In this document: positions 8,935 through 18,046 of the stretch, one piece after another
Numbering within the stretch: the stretch's first letter is position 1
How the letters are laid out: each line of letters opens with the position of its first letter
Assembly: GCA_963693365.1 (NCBI GenBank)
Contig: CAVNZM010000036.1
Coordinates: 1-45,831, forward strand
DNA: 45,831 nt
From: Amoebidium appalachense
Lineage: Eukaryota; Protista; Ichthyosporea
Direction of reading: 5' to 3'
Made by a program: the position numbers and the translations under genes
Notes under the pieces: model-generated
Told to the model about the DNA's origin: nothing
The model's input: the letters and a program-made list of their open reading frames with translations, nothing else
Databases searched by the model: none

Positions 8935-10517
8935 TTCTTGAACACACTGACAACCAGGTCCCTTGTCAAGTCGTCCTCCATATGTTCCCTTGCCATCTCC
9001 AGCATGGCTCCTGCAAAAGTGACAAAGTCCACACGAAACAGCTCGCGCTCCACGTTGTTGTGTTTGAGTGCCGTGTGCAGGCACTTCTCTGCAAGCGCCA
9101 GCTGCTCGGACGGCACGGGCAGCGCAAAGAGCAGGCGCTTGTTCGGTCCCACGTGCCACGTCCCGGCCTGCTTCATGCGGCCCTTCACATCCCTCAGACT
9201 GAGTCCGATTTTCAGGCAGGGCGGGTCGCCATACTCGGACACAAACACGTAGATACCGGACTGCTGCTTGGCGCACACGTTGCTGGTGACCCGGCGCAGC
9301 TCCTCACTGGCATCTTCGTATTCCGGCGGGATGTGGTCCGGCTTGAGACTGTCTGCTGTCTGGAGTTCCAACAGCCTGCACTGTGCCTCGATTTTCAAGC
9401 GCTCCTCCCGGATCACAGCAGCCTGCTCGCGCATCCTTGCAATCTCCGCGAACTGAGGGGATTCGGCGATGCGCGCCTCCTTGTACAGACTCAGGGCAGT
9501 CTCCATCTCGGCCTGGTTGGTCATGAACTGGGTGATGTCCCCTAGCCTGGGTCTCTTGGGCTCCCTCTCGGGGGTGCCGGCTGCATCCATCTCCCCCCTC
9601 ACGCTGTCGCGCATGAACGCATTGGGTCCCGAGGGGTTGGCCTCTGCCGTGGCACGGTTGCGCTCAATGTCCTCCACCAGTGTTTCGTCCCCACCTTCCA
9701 GGCGCGCTATATCTTGAGCCCACTTGTCGATGATCGCGGAACCATAGCGTGAGCCAGATGCAATCTTGAAGGTCAATTTGACCAGAGATGTCGCTGGAAC
9801 AGCTGGTGACAACTTCCCTCCCTTACCAAACGAGCAATTGGTCACTTTGACCAATTGGTCCCCTGTCGTATCCAATAGATGACGACCTATATATTTTGCT
9901 GCAGCACATCTATCCAGTGCTCTCACCAACATAACATAGTCCACCAGACTCGCCATCTTCACGCCATCGACCTCACACACTCGGATGGCGTGGTCACCTA
10001 TGCAAATTGTGTCGCCTCGTTTGGCGACGATTTCATCTCCGGTCAATACAACTTCGCTATGCTCGGTGTCCATAGTTTGCGAGACTGAGGTATTGTGATG
10101 TGTGGCAGGCCCTTTTGTAGCTTCGGTCTCGCTGGCTTGGTTAACTTTGTGGGCCATCAGGTGCGCGATGTAGGTGGCGCAGGTCTTGCGGAAGTCATGA
10201 GCGCGCTTGCCGGGCAGCAGGAAGATGATCTCGAGCAGGACCTTGAAGGGGGCCACGGGGGTCGGCTTGCCCTTTCCGTTGATGCGGACTTTGTCAGTGC
10301 GGCTGACAATGTCTACGATCTCCGGGTCGGTCGACTTTGTCATCTGGGACCACGCTTCCCTCCCAGCGCCAGTTCCGACTACCAGCGCGATGGTATCCAG
10401 GACACTGCCCTCTGCGTCATTGCCTTCCCCGTGCACCCTCAACTGGGCGTCCTTGAACTGCGGGAAGTCCTTGGAAAGAAGCGACATGTCCACTTTTGAG
10501 TTCTGTTCGGCAGCCAT
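8910..10517 (-). CDS. Two KilA/Bro-like domains + coiled coil + T5orf172 (GIY-YIG-like) nuclease (paralog 2)
   Basis: First ~120 aa are closely similar to paralogs 1 and 3; a second diverged domain ends IARLEGGDETLVEDIE; C-terminal SGIYVF...LKIGLS.RDVKGRMKQ...EKCLH...RELF. Confidence 0.75.
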   Translation of the reverse strand: MAAEQNSKVDMSLLSKDFPQFKDAQLRVHGEGNDAEGSVLDTIALVVGTGAGREAWSQMTKSTDPEIVDIVSRTDKVRINGKGKPTPVAPFKVLLEIIFLLPGKRAHDFRKTCATYIAHLMAHKVNQASETEATKGPATHHNTSVSQTMDTEHSEVVLTGDEIVAKRGDTICIGDHAIRVCEVDGVKMASLVDYVMLVRALDRCAAAKYIGRHLLDTTGDQLVKVTNCSFGKGGKLSPAVPATSLVKLTFKIASGSRYGSAIIDKWAQDIARLEGGDETLVEDIERNRATAEANPSGPNAFMRDSVRGEMDAAGTPEREPKRPRLGDITQFMTNQAEMETALSLYKEARIAESPQFAEIARMREQAAVIREERLKIEAQCRLLELQTADSLKPDHIPPEYEDASEELRRVTSNVCAKQQSGIYVFVSEYGDPPCLKIGLSLRDVKGRMKQAGTWHVGPNKRLLFALPVPSEQLALAEKCLHTALKHNNVERELFRVDFVTFAGAMLEMAREHMEDDLTRDLVVSVFKKASHEATS

Positions 10518-10641
10518 GGTGTGCGAGACTGACGATGTTTATTCGCGGTTCGCCCTTTTATGCGGTCGCGCCACCCCCAGCCCCCCTCCGGTGTGGTGTC
10601 CCGCCCGTTCCAGGGGCATGCGATGTTTTGTTTAGCGCGGT

Positions 10642-11901
10642 ATGGCAAAGCGATTGTGGGGGGCGGCGGGTTGGACGAGGACGCGCTCCGCAAGAGGCAC
10701 CGATGGGAGGAGCCGGACACGGGCGACAGCGCGACACGCGCGACCGCGACGAGATGCCGGGGTGTTTGTGCGGACAAGGGTGGACCACTCCGATGTGCCC
10801 ATCATGACCGACGAGGGCCCTGAACCCCCCTGGGAAAGGACATGAGCCGACAACGACTATGTTCAGGGCAGGACCCCAGAGAGAGCGCGACAACGCCTGG
10901 CTGCAATGGGTAAAATCCCCAGGATTGAGGCGCTTGCGATGGGTATCGAAGCAGACAACTTTGACGGGTACCTCGCGGCTCTGTACGACGAGGCGTGGCT
11001 CCAGGAACACGCAGCCAAAATCGCGAGCACCGGCTACCACCCGGAGAGCAAACTGGCGATTTGGCACTCCTCGGTTGATTCGATTAGGTTTCAAACTACC
11101 AGAAGGGTGGCGGCTCACACCGGTGTTTCTCCGGAGCCGGCTAGGGTCAAGCGCGCCGCGAGCCAAGACAGAGGCTGCTAGGCTACTACAACATTGCGGA
11201 GTCTACCGAGTTCGACTTTGGTGATCTCGGGTTGTACAACATGGAACACGAGAACGAGCGCCTGTGGGATGTCTTCCACGCCGTCAACCCGCATCCGGCG
11301 GGGTTGGTCCTGTCCGGGGGTCCATGGCGAGCGGGAGGTCGTCAATCGGGAGTTGAAATCGCGTGACGGCAAGGCAGTTCGGTCCTGATTCACAACCGCA
11401 TCTCGTGAGCGCAAGCGCAGAAGCCCGCGTGGCGGCGACGTACGCACCACAAACAAAACCATCCGCGACCCGGGGCGCGCCCTGGTGCGGTCCTGCGCTT
11501 TCCCAGCAGCGAACCCGTCTCCCCTCTGGGGAGATGACAGTGCCATGGCTCAGCAGGAGGCCTCGCCGCCCGGCACACTCGAGGTCCAGAAGTCCACGTA
11601 CCGCCCGTTCACCAAATACGAGACCCGCAATGGAGGGCACGGCCAATAACGCCCATCCCACCGATCGTGGACGCATCGTGACACCCCCTTCAACCCCCTA
11701 TACCACGACGTGTTCGAGCGCTTTGCCTCGCAGCCCCTGCTGCTGGAGAGCCCGGCGGGTGTGACCGTGTGCGCCGCCCGCCCCGAAACCCGCAGCCAGC
11801 TCCCGCCCAGGACCATGGCCGACGCACTGCTCTCCGAGGACCCGCTGCTGCAGGGCGTGACCGTGGCGCTCGCCGCCGTCACCGACTGGTTCGCGCGGTG
11901 A
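10642..11901 (+). pseudogene. Decayed hypothetical gene
   Basis: Protein-like fragments (IEADNFDGYLAALYDEAWL, YYNIAESTEFDFGDLGLY, FNPLYHDVFERFASQPLLL) are spread over different frames with internal stops, e.g. TGA at 10843. Confidence 0.5.
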
Positions 11902-12181
11902 GTTGAGACCGACAGAAAAGAGGACCGCACTTTATCAAAACACCCGCCGGCCATGGTCGGCGCACGGGGGGCACGCGAGGGCCGGGCTTTGGCTGCCCTT
12001 CGTCCGCTTAGACTCATCCTCGTTATCGGATTAAACTTTGGACATTTATACGGGCACACGGGGCACACGGGGGACGCGGGGGACCACGAGTGGCGCATTC
12101 GTGCGACAGGGTGGATCTTTGGAATGCAAACGACAGGCGCGACTTGGCGCGAGACTGCCTGGTTTTGTGTGTGTTGCCCTT

Positions 12182-12685
12182 TTATGCACTCTCTGGCGCG
12201 TGTGTGCTTTCATGGTGTTTCAGAAAGTCGCTTCTGTTGGCACCATAACCACACCCTGCATGCGAACACCTGTACTTGTACGCGTCCGAGTGGTGTCGGA
12301 TATGCACTGCCAGGTTGGATTTGCACCGGGCACGGTGAGTGCATCCCTGCACCGGGCACGCATACGGACGAGTGGCAGTGTGCTTCATCATATGGCGGCG
12401 CAGATGAACGCTACAGGTAGCGTTGTAAGAACATCCTTGCACGGTGCACGGATACAAATAGGCGCCCGTGTGCGACTGTAAATGTCTCTCCAGGCCCTGC
12501 GCACTCCTGTACCGTCTGTTGCATCCCTCTTTGGGACATACGTGCCGCTTGATTCCCGCATGCATGTCGACGTGTCCGGCCATGTTGTTGTTCCGCTTGG
12601 TGCTATATCCACACCCATTCACCGTGCAGCGATACACCTTGTACGTCAGACCCGGATCCTGCTTGCTGGGTCCAGCGGAACACAT
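12182..12685 (-). CDS. C2H2 zinc-finger protein, 5 fingers
   Basis: Five C-x4-C-x12-H-x3-H units with TGEKP-like linkers (HTATRPY, HTGAYLY). Start could extend to TTG 12736. Confidence 0.9.
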   Translation of the reverse strand: MCSAGPSKQDPGLTYKVYRCTVNGCGYSTKRNNNMAGHVDMHAGIKRHVCPKEGCNRRYRSAQGLERHLQSHTGAYLYPCTVQGCSYNATCSVHLRRHMMKHTATRPYACPVQGCTHRARCKSNLAVHIRHHSDAYKYRCSHAGCGYGANRSDFLKHHESTHAPESA

Positions 12686-12755
12686 CCCTCTATTAGGCAC
12701 ACAAAAAACCGGATTGGATTCGTCATCCAGGTCCAAAAAATATTATCTATACCCT

Positions 12756-14828
12756 ATGACAATGGCATCTACCGAAACCATGCACCAGGGACAGGGCAGG
12801 GACGCCGACAACGAGGGTGCCGACAAGAAGCCCGAATACGAGGTTTGCTGCGAAGGTGCAGACCAACCCCTGCAGGCCAACCAAGGACTCTCGCGCCGCA
12901 GTGCCTGCCCAGACTGGTACCTCGCGGTGTTCGCACCCCAGGGGTCCCGCGAAGTTACGGTGGACAACGAGCCATTTGAGCACAAGGACCTCGTCGACTC
13001 GCTCAAGCGACAGTTTGGCGTGGTTTATGCTGAAATAACCACGCGTCAGTCCAAGCGCCACAAGACCGCGCACTACGAGTGCAACACCCGCCACCCACCC
13101 CCCGGACCAAACAGGGCCGCGCTCAAGTCGTGGGCCAAGGAGAAATTTCCTTCTGCTAACAGGGTAGTGATGAACCCTATTCTCGACTGGACGTCCGCAA
13201 CCCACTGGAGTCAGGGGGCCCACACGACCATATATGGCGCAGCAGCGAACACGGCAGCCGTGCCCGCCGCGGCTACAAAGAAAGACCAGAAACGGGAGAC
13301 CCTCATCGAGGAGGTGATTCAGGGTTCTGGAGCAGGAGTCAACCGACCCCCCTGGCGGATACGAGTTCATGCCGGACCTGCTGCCAACCACCTGGAAGGA
13401 AACCGAGCTCGTCGAGTACCTGCAGAAGTGGGTGGGAAAGATCAACGGCACGTCGCTCTACCTCTTGAAGATCTGGTGTCACGACAAAAACGTGTACACG
13501 CTCAAGACGTTGACGGAGAAGGACATGCGCTGCACCATGCAGGGTTTCGTGGTTGAGTGGATGGAGGGTGAGGGAGCGAAATCAAACGGACGTACACGGG
13601 CCTCGACTTCATGACCGGAAGACACGTTCCTCGTTATGCGGGAGCCGTGTTCGACCCCGCATCGCCACACCCGAAGACCGGGGAGACAAACCCCAAGTAC
13701 CGCCAAGGAGCCATGTTCACGTACAACTTCTTCCGCGGTTTCCCCATCAAATACACCGCTGGGTTCCGTTACATGGGTCCAGACTGCCCCATGATCCCCT
13801 ACCCAACCGGCCAGAAGGTCGTCGTGATGCCCGATGAGCTCCTCGAGAAATACCGTGTACGGGAGTACGGCGGGATCGAGATGTTCATACGCCACGCATT
13901 CGAGGTGCTTGCCGATGGCAACGCTGAGGCATTCGAATACCTTCTCAAGTGGGTGGCTCAGATCTTCCAGTACCCCGACACCAAGTCTGGAGCGGCAGTA
14001 CTCGTCAAGTCAGTCCAAGGAACCGGAAAAAACGTGTTCTTCGACGTACTCAAGGCGCTGGTAGGCTCGGAATACTACGCATACGTGAAGAATAAGGAAC
14101 ACATATCCAGCAAGTTCAACGCCCATCTCAACCACAAACTATTGGCGGTCATCGACGAGTGTGTCTTCGGTGGGTGCCATGAGGCAAACAACCTCATCAA
14201 AAGTCTAATCACACAAGAAGACAGCCTTTTGGAGAAGAAGGGTGTGGACGGTATCTACACCAAAAACTACGAGCGCTACGTCTTCCTGTCAAACGAAGAC
14301 TGGCCGGTTCGTGTGGAGCTATCCGATCGGAGGTTCATATGTCTCGAGGCGAACGGCGCCAGGGTGGGTCAGCTCCGGTACTTCGACGAGTTCGTCAAAT
14401 TTCACCGGCAGCCGGAGGTGTTGGAGGCACTGTTCCACTTCTTCCTGGACCTCCCCGATGTCCCTAAGACAATGCCGCCGCCCCCCCATACCAAGCTCAA
14501 GCAACAGCTCATGGAGAAGAGTCTGCCGCTAGAAATACAATTTCTGAGGGACATCGCCCAAGGAGCCGACGGAACACAAGACTTCGGAATCGCGGATGGG
14601 TGCTGGGTAACAGCCACTGGCATGGCTGAACGCATGCGAATGTGGGCCGACGCCAACATGCTCGACAGTCGGCGGGTGGTGGGCATCAAGAGGTTGGGAT
14701 CGACGCTGACACAGGTGTTTGGAGAGGCGCTGCATGTACCGCTACGCGAATCGGTGGCAGTGGGGGCAGTGTCTAAGACATCGCGCGCTTATCGAGTTTC
14801 GTTCTCGAAGATACTTTCGCATAAGTGA
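12756..14828 (+). CDS. Superfamily 3 helicase (DUF5906/D5-like) with C-terminal winged helix; two compensating frameshifts
   Basis: Walker A SVQGTGKN, Walker B LAVIDE, motif C VFLSN, arginine finger SDRRF. One continuous protein is obtained with a +1 shift near 13322 and a -1 shift near 13572, both at GGG runs. Confidence 0.85.
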
Positions 14829-14844
14829 TCGCCAGCTTCCTTTC

Positions 14845-15171
14845 AGTAACTTCGGCCACTTGGTGGTAGCTTGGGGTTTGCGCAAACAGTTTTAACAAAG
14901 CGATCCGATTGGTTTCTTGGTTTAACGGGCGTGTTTCATTGGTTGTTGGGTGATTTGGTAACTTCGGTAGGTTGGGTAGGTTCTCGGAGGGGTCCCCCCA
15001 AACACACATCGTTGGTGTTCGTTTTGTTTTTGCCCCAGCCCGACTCAACCCCAAAACAACCCACTGAACCTACCCAACCTACTATTTATAAGTGAAATCG
15101 ACGTTTGGGTCTAATTCTACTAATTGAAATCGCGATTACTGTTGGTAGGTTGGTGGTAACTTGGGTAGGTT
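14845..15171. repeat. Iteron-like array 1 (GGTARSTT), candidate replication origin
   Basis: Forward copies at 14845, 14865, 14957, 14966, 14975, 15144, 15155, 15164; reverse copies at 15067, 15076. Perfect 17-bp inverted repeat 14967-14983/15066-15082. AT-rich core ~15084-15130. Confidence 0.7.
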
Positions 15172-15237
15172 GGTGGTGGTGTCGGTGGTTTTGTTGTGAT
15201 TGGAGGGGATAATATATTTTCTGTGCACATGTTGTAT

Positions 15238-15999
15238 ATGACTGAGATGGAACCTTTGAAGAGTGTCGTCCACATAGTGAATATGGCTGGCCTGCAACCA
15301 CCTGAAAGTGTTGTCCGAGATGAGCTTGCGAGGTGCGAAAATGGTCGTACAGAAGTCTACACCCCGGTGGGGCGTATTGATGTGTTGACAGACAACGAGG
15401 TCATTGAGGTCAAAAAGGTTTCCAACTGGAAGGACGCTATGGGGCAGGTTCAGGCATACCGCCACTTCTATCCCAACCATGGAATGCGAGTACACTTGTA
15501 TGGGTATGGTCACCCAAATATATACACGAATGCTACGGAGGTTCTACATGCCCATGGCATACGCGTAACATGTAGCCAAGACGTTCTTCTCGCAATGCTG
15601 ATCCACCAGTAGAACAGAGTAACCAAGAATGTGGGACTCCTGGTCCAACCTACCGACCATGTGTGCAACCATCGATGCGCCCTGGATTTCTTGGATGAAT
15701 TGTATTCCGGTAAAGCTGGATGGCTTCCTATCGACTGTAAACTCGCGCCTGGGTGCAAAGTCACTTCTTCGGGTTTGTTTTCGCTCTTCAATATGTGGCC
15801 AATGCACAGTTTGAACGGAAGATCCAACCTATCAAGAGGACATTTCGGAAGACTCCTGACACAGGTCCTGGGAAAATCGACTTCTGTTCGTGCTGTACAC
15901 ACAACGACCTGGACAGGGCATCCACAGACATACTCGCCAAGTCAGGTGGTTCACTGCTATACTCTTCGAAGCACAAGGAGTCGGACGGTCGAAGTCTAG
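15238..15999 (+). pseudogene. PD-(D/E)xK nuclease domain fused to a helicase-type winged helix, interrupted by one in-frame TAG
   Basis: EVYTPVGRIDVLTDNEVIEVKKVSNWKDAMGQVQAY nuclease motif; TAG at 15610-15612; the same frame continues into DFLDELY...GCKVTSSGLFSLFNMW...HFGRLLTQVLG...CYTL. Confidence 0.7.
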
Positions 16000-16001
16000 G
16001 T

Positions 16002-16325
16002 CCCCCCCCCCCCCCCCCCCCCCGCGAGGCCGGGGTGGCTGGGGGTGGCTGTGAGGGGCGCGCGAGGAACCAAATAAACGCACGACTTGAACTCGGAACA
16101 CGGACCCACGCCCCCCCCCACGCCCCCCCCACGCGCGGGGCCGCGAGGCACACGAGGCACGCGAGGCACACGAGGCACACGAGGCACACGAGGCACACGA
16201 GGCACACGAGGCACGCGAGGCACCCGAGGCACGCGTGGCACACGAGGCACACGAGGCACTCGAGGCACACGAGGCACGTGTGGCACACGAGTGGCACACG
16301 AGTGGCGTATTCCTGCGACACGGGT
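16002..16325. repeat. Poly-C(22) + ~100-bp dispersed repeat + 9-bp minisatellite (GAGGCACAC)n
   Basis: C run 16002-16023; 16032-16130 recurs at 17016-17107; 9-mer tandem at 16143-16303; right end resembles 12085-12112. Confidence 0.9.
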
Positions 16326-16405
16326 CGTTATGGTGTGTGCGTCGTTTTACCGACGCGTCACTCCGTCGTACGGCATCGAGGTCGCCGTTTATTGTCTTGC
16401 GTTGG

Positions 16406-16675
16406 TGTAGCACCTGTATCAACATGTAGCAGCTTCTACCGACATCGTACCCAACCCCTACCCCCCACACCCCCGCAGCCAATCAAAAGCCTTTACGCAA
16501 AATTCTCCAGCGATTCATAAATTCTTTCTACACTTGATACAATAGAGAAGTTCTTGCTACAGATGATACAACCAAAAAAATGGAGCGATTTGATTGGTCC
16601 GTTCTCTTGTTACAGCCGTAGCAGTTTCTACAGCACATGCTACACCCCGATGGCCTTGCGGTCCAGTGTGTAGCA
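16406..16675. repeat. Iteron-like array 2 (TGTAKCA/TGMTACA)
   Basis: Forward copies at 16406, 16415, 16425, 16669; reverse copies (some with one mismatch) at 16526, 16535, 16555, 16564, 16608, 16626, 16638; AT-rich centre. Confidence 0.65.
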
Positions 16676-16940
16676 TCTCAGAACCGTGGAGGGGAAGCAT
16701 GTTTCCGCGCCGTACGCCACGGCGGAAGCCCGGGTGCTCTTGATTTTGCCAAGGATGGCGGTCACGGCAATACCGAAGTCACGTTGCACGGGCCTCTTGG
16801 ACTTGTCGGATGTGTTGAGGTCGAACCATGCCTGGTAGAGGCCGAACAGCGCCGTTGGAACGACGCGGGCCTTGTCCTCGAACACGGGCGCGTTCTCACG
16901 TCCATTCTCGCGATAGAGTATAGCAAGATCATGGCATATT
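16640..16940 (-). pseudogene. 5'-truncated winged-helix remnant of a helicase-like gene
   Basis: DLAILY...RVVPTALFGLYQAWFDLN...QRDFGIAVTAILG...LRCYTLDRKAIGV* aligns by eye to the helicase C-terminus and to 15631-15999. No in-frame ATG before the repeat at ~16960. Confidence 0.6.
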
Positions 16941-17015
16941 AGAGCTGTCCGAGAAGAAACACACAAACACACACACCCCCGCGCGGGCCGGGAGGCGGGC
17001 GAGGCAGGCGAGGCA

Positions 17016-17344
17016 GGGGTGGCTGGGGGTGGCTGTGAGGGGCCCGCGAGGAACCAAATAAACGCACAACCGGAACTCGGAACACGGACCCACACCCCCA
17101 CGCCCCCACCCACCCACCCACCCGCGAGGCCCGCGAGGCGCACATGCACAACGCGCGCACACAGCCGGCCTGCGCGCGGGCCACGCGCCACACGCGCCCG
17201 CGGGCCACACAGGCCTCGCGGGCCACACAGGCCCCTCCGGGCCTGAGGTGGGCACGAGAGACAACAGACAACAAACAGTATGTCAAGACAAGACGACAAG
17301 AAAAGTGACAAGCGATGCAATCGGCCACAGGGGGGGGGGGGGGG
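17016..17344. repeat. Second copy of the ~100-bp repeat, GC-rich short repeats and poly-G(15)
   Basis: GGGGTGGCTGGGGGTGGCTGTGAGGGGC...GAGGAACCAAATAAACGCAC...GAACTCGGAACACGGACCCAC is shared with 16032-16130; G run 17330-17344. Confidence 0.85.
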
Positions 17345-17414
17345 CATGGTTTGCGAATATTAGTTCATTGTCGACTGGGAGGGGGCCACAGGCACCGCCC
17401 GAACACAGTCGGGT

Positions 17415-17819
17415 TTATTCGGCGTCTGTCAGCTGCTGCTCGGGTTCATAATGGCGGCGCTTTGCCAGGCGGCGGTCGTCTAAAGTGCGCTGCATTTCAA
17501 CCAAGGCCTGGTTGATGACATCTTTTTCCCGGCGCAGCCTTATGATCTCCGCACCGAGGCCCCTTATACCGTGGCAGATCACAGAGGTGACGTCGCTGGG
17601 GTCGGGCCGGGTGCGGAGATCGGGGGTGACGATGCCGTTGGTCACGGATCCCCAGACGGCGCACAAGCGTTCAAACGGGGGGCCCGTGTTGTTGCTGTCA
17701 GCCATCAGCTGGACGAGCCTGGTCTTTTCGTCCTCGGTCAGCCGCGCGACATCCGGGTAGGCCAAACGGATGGTGTCCAAGATCGTGTCAATGTCTATAT
17801 CCATTGTGGTGTATGACAT
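17415..17819 (-). CDS. Hypothetical protein with C-terminal coiled coil
   Basis: 134 aa ATG ORF preceded by TATATAAT (17864), a TCAT Inr and a CCAAT cluster at 17887-18010. Confidence 0.7.
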   Translation of the reverse strand: MSYTTMDIDIDTILDTIRLAYPDVARLTEDEKTRLVQLMADSNNTGPPFERLCAVWGSVTNGIVTPDLRTRPDPSDVTSVICHGIRGLGAEIIRLRREKDVINQALVEMQRTLDDRRLAKRRHYEPEQQLTDAE

Positions 17820-18046
17820 GTGTGCATGTTATGATGAAATGTGCTGTCGTGTGGTGATTATATACACGCGATATGCGTAGGCCCCACCAATCAGAGATGC
17901 CCCCCCAGCCCATCATCCAATGAATGGTGATGCTGATCCCGAATCTACCAATCCAAAACTACTGGGGCAAGGGTATAATTGGATTGGTAGATCTAAACAC
18001 GTCGACCAATCACCCATCTTGAGACCTGAAATCGCGCCCATAAACA

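Noticed and set aside
13320-13580. Programmed ribosomal frameshifting in the helicase
   Set aside because: No X XXY YYZ slippery heptamer; two opposite shifts at GGG runs fit indel errors better.
15753-16520. ORFs with RHT, CLV, VPR or GTR repeats
   Set aside because: Produced by the stop-free 9-bp minisatellite, which is open in all frames.
16002-17344. Herpes-like pac packaging signals
   Set aside because: Only C and G runs are shared; the gene content points to a jelly-roll-type virus and no terminase is visible.
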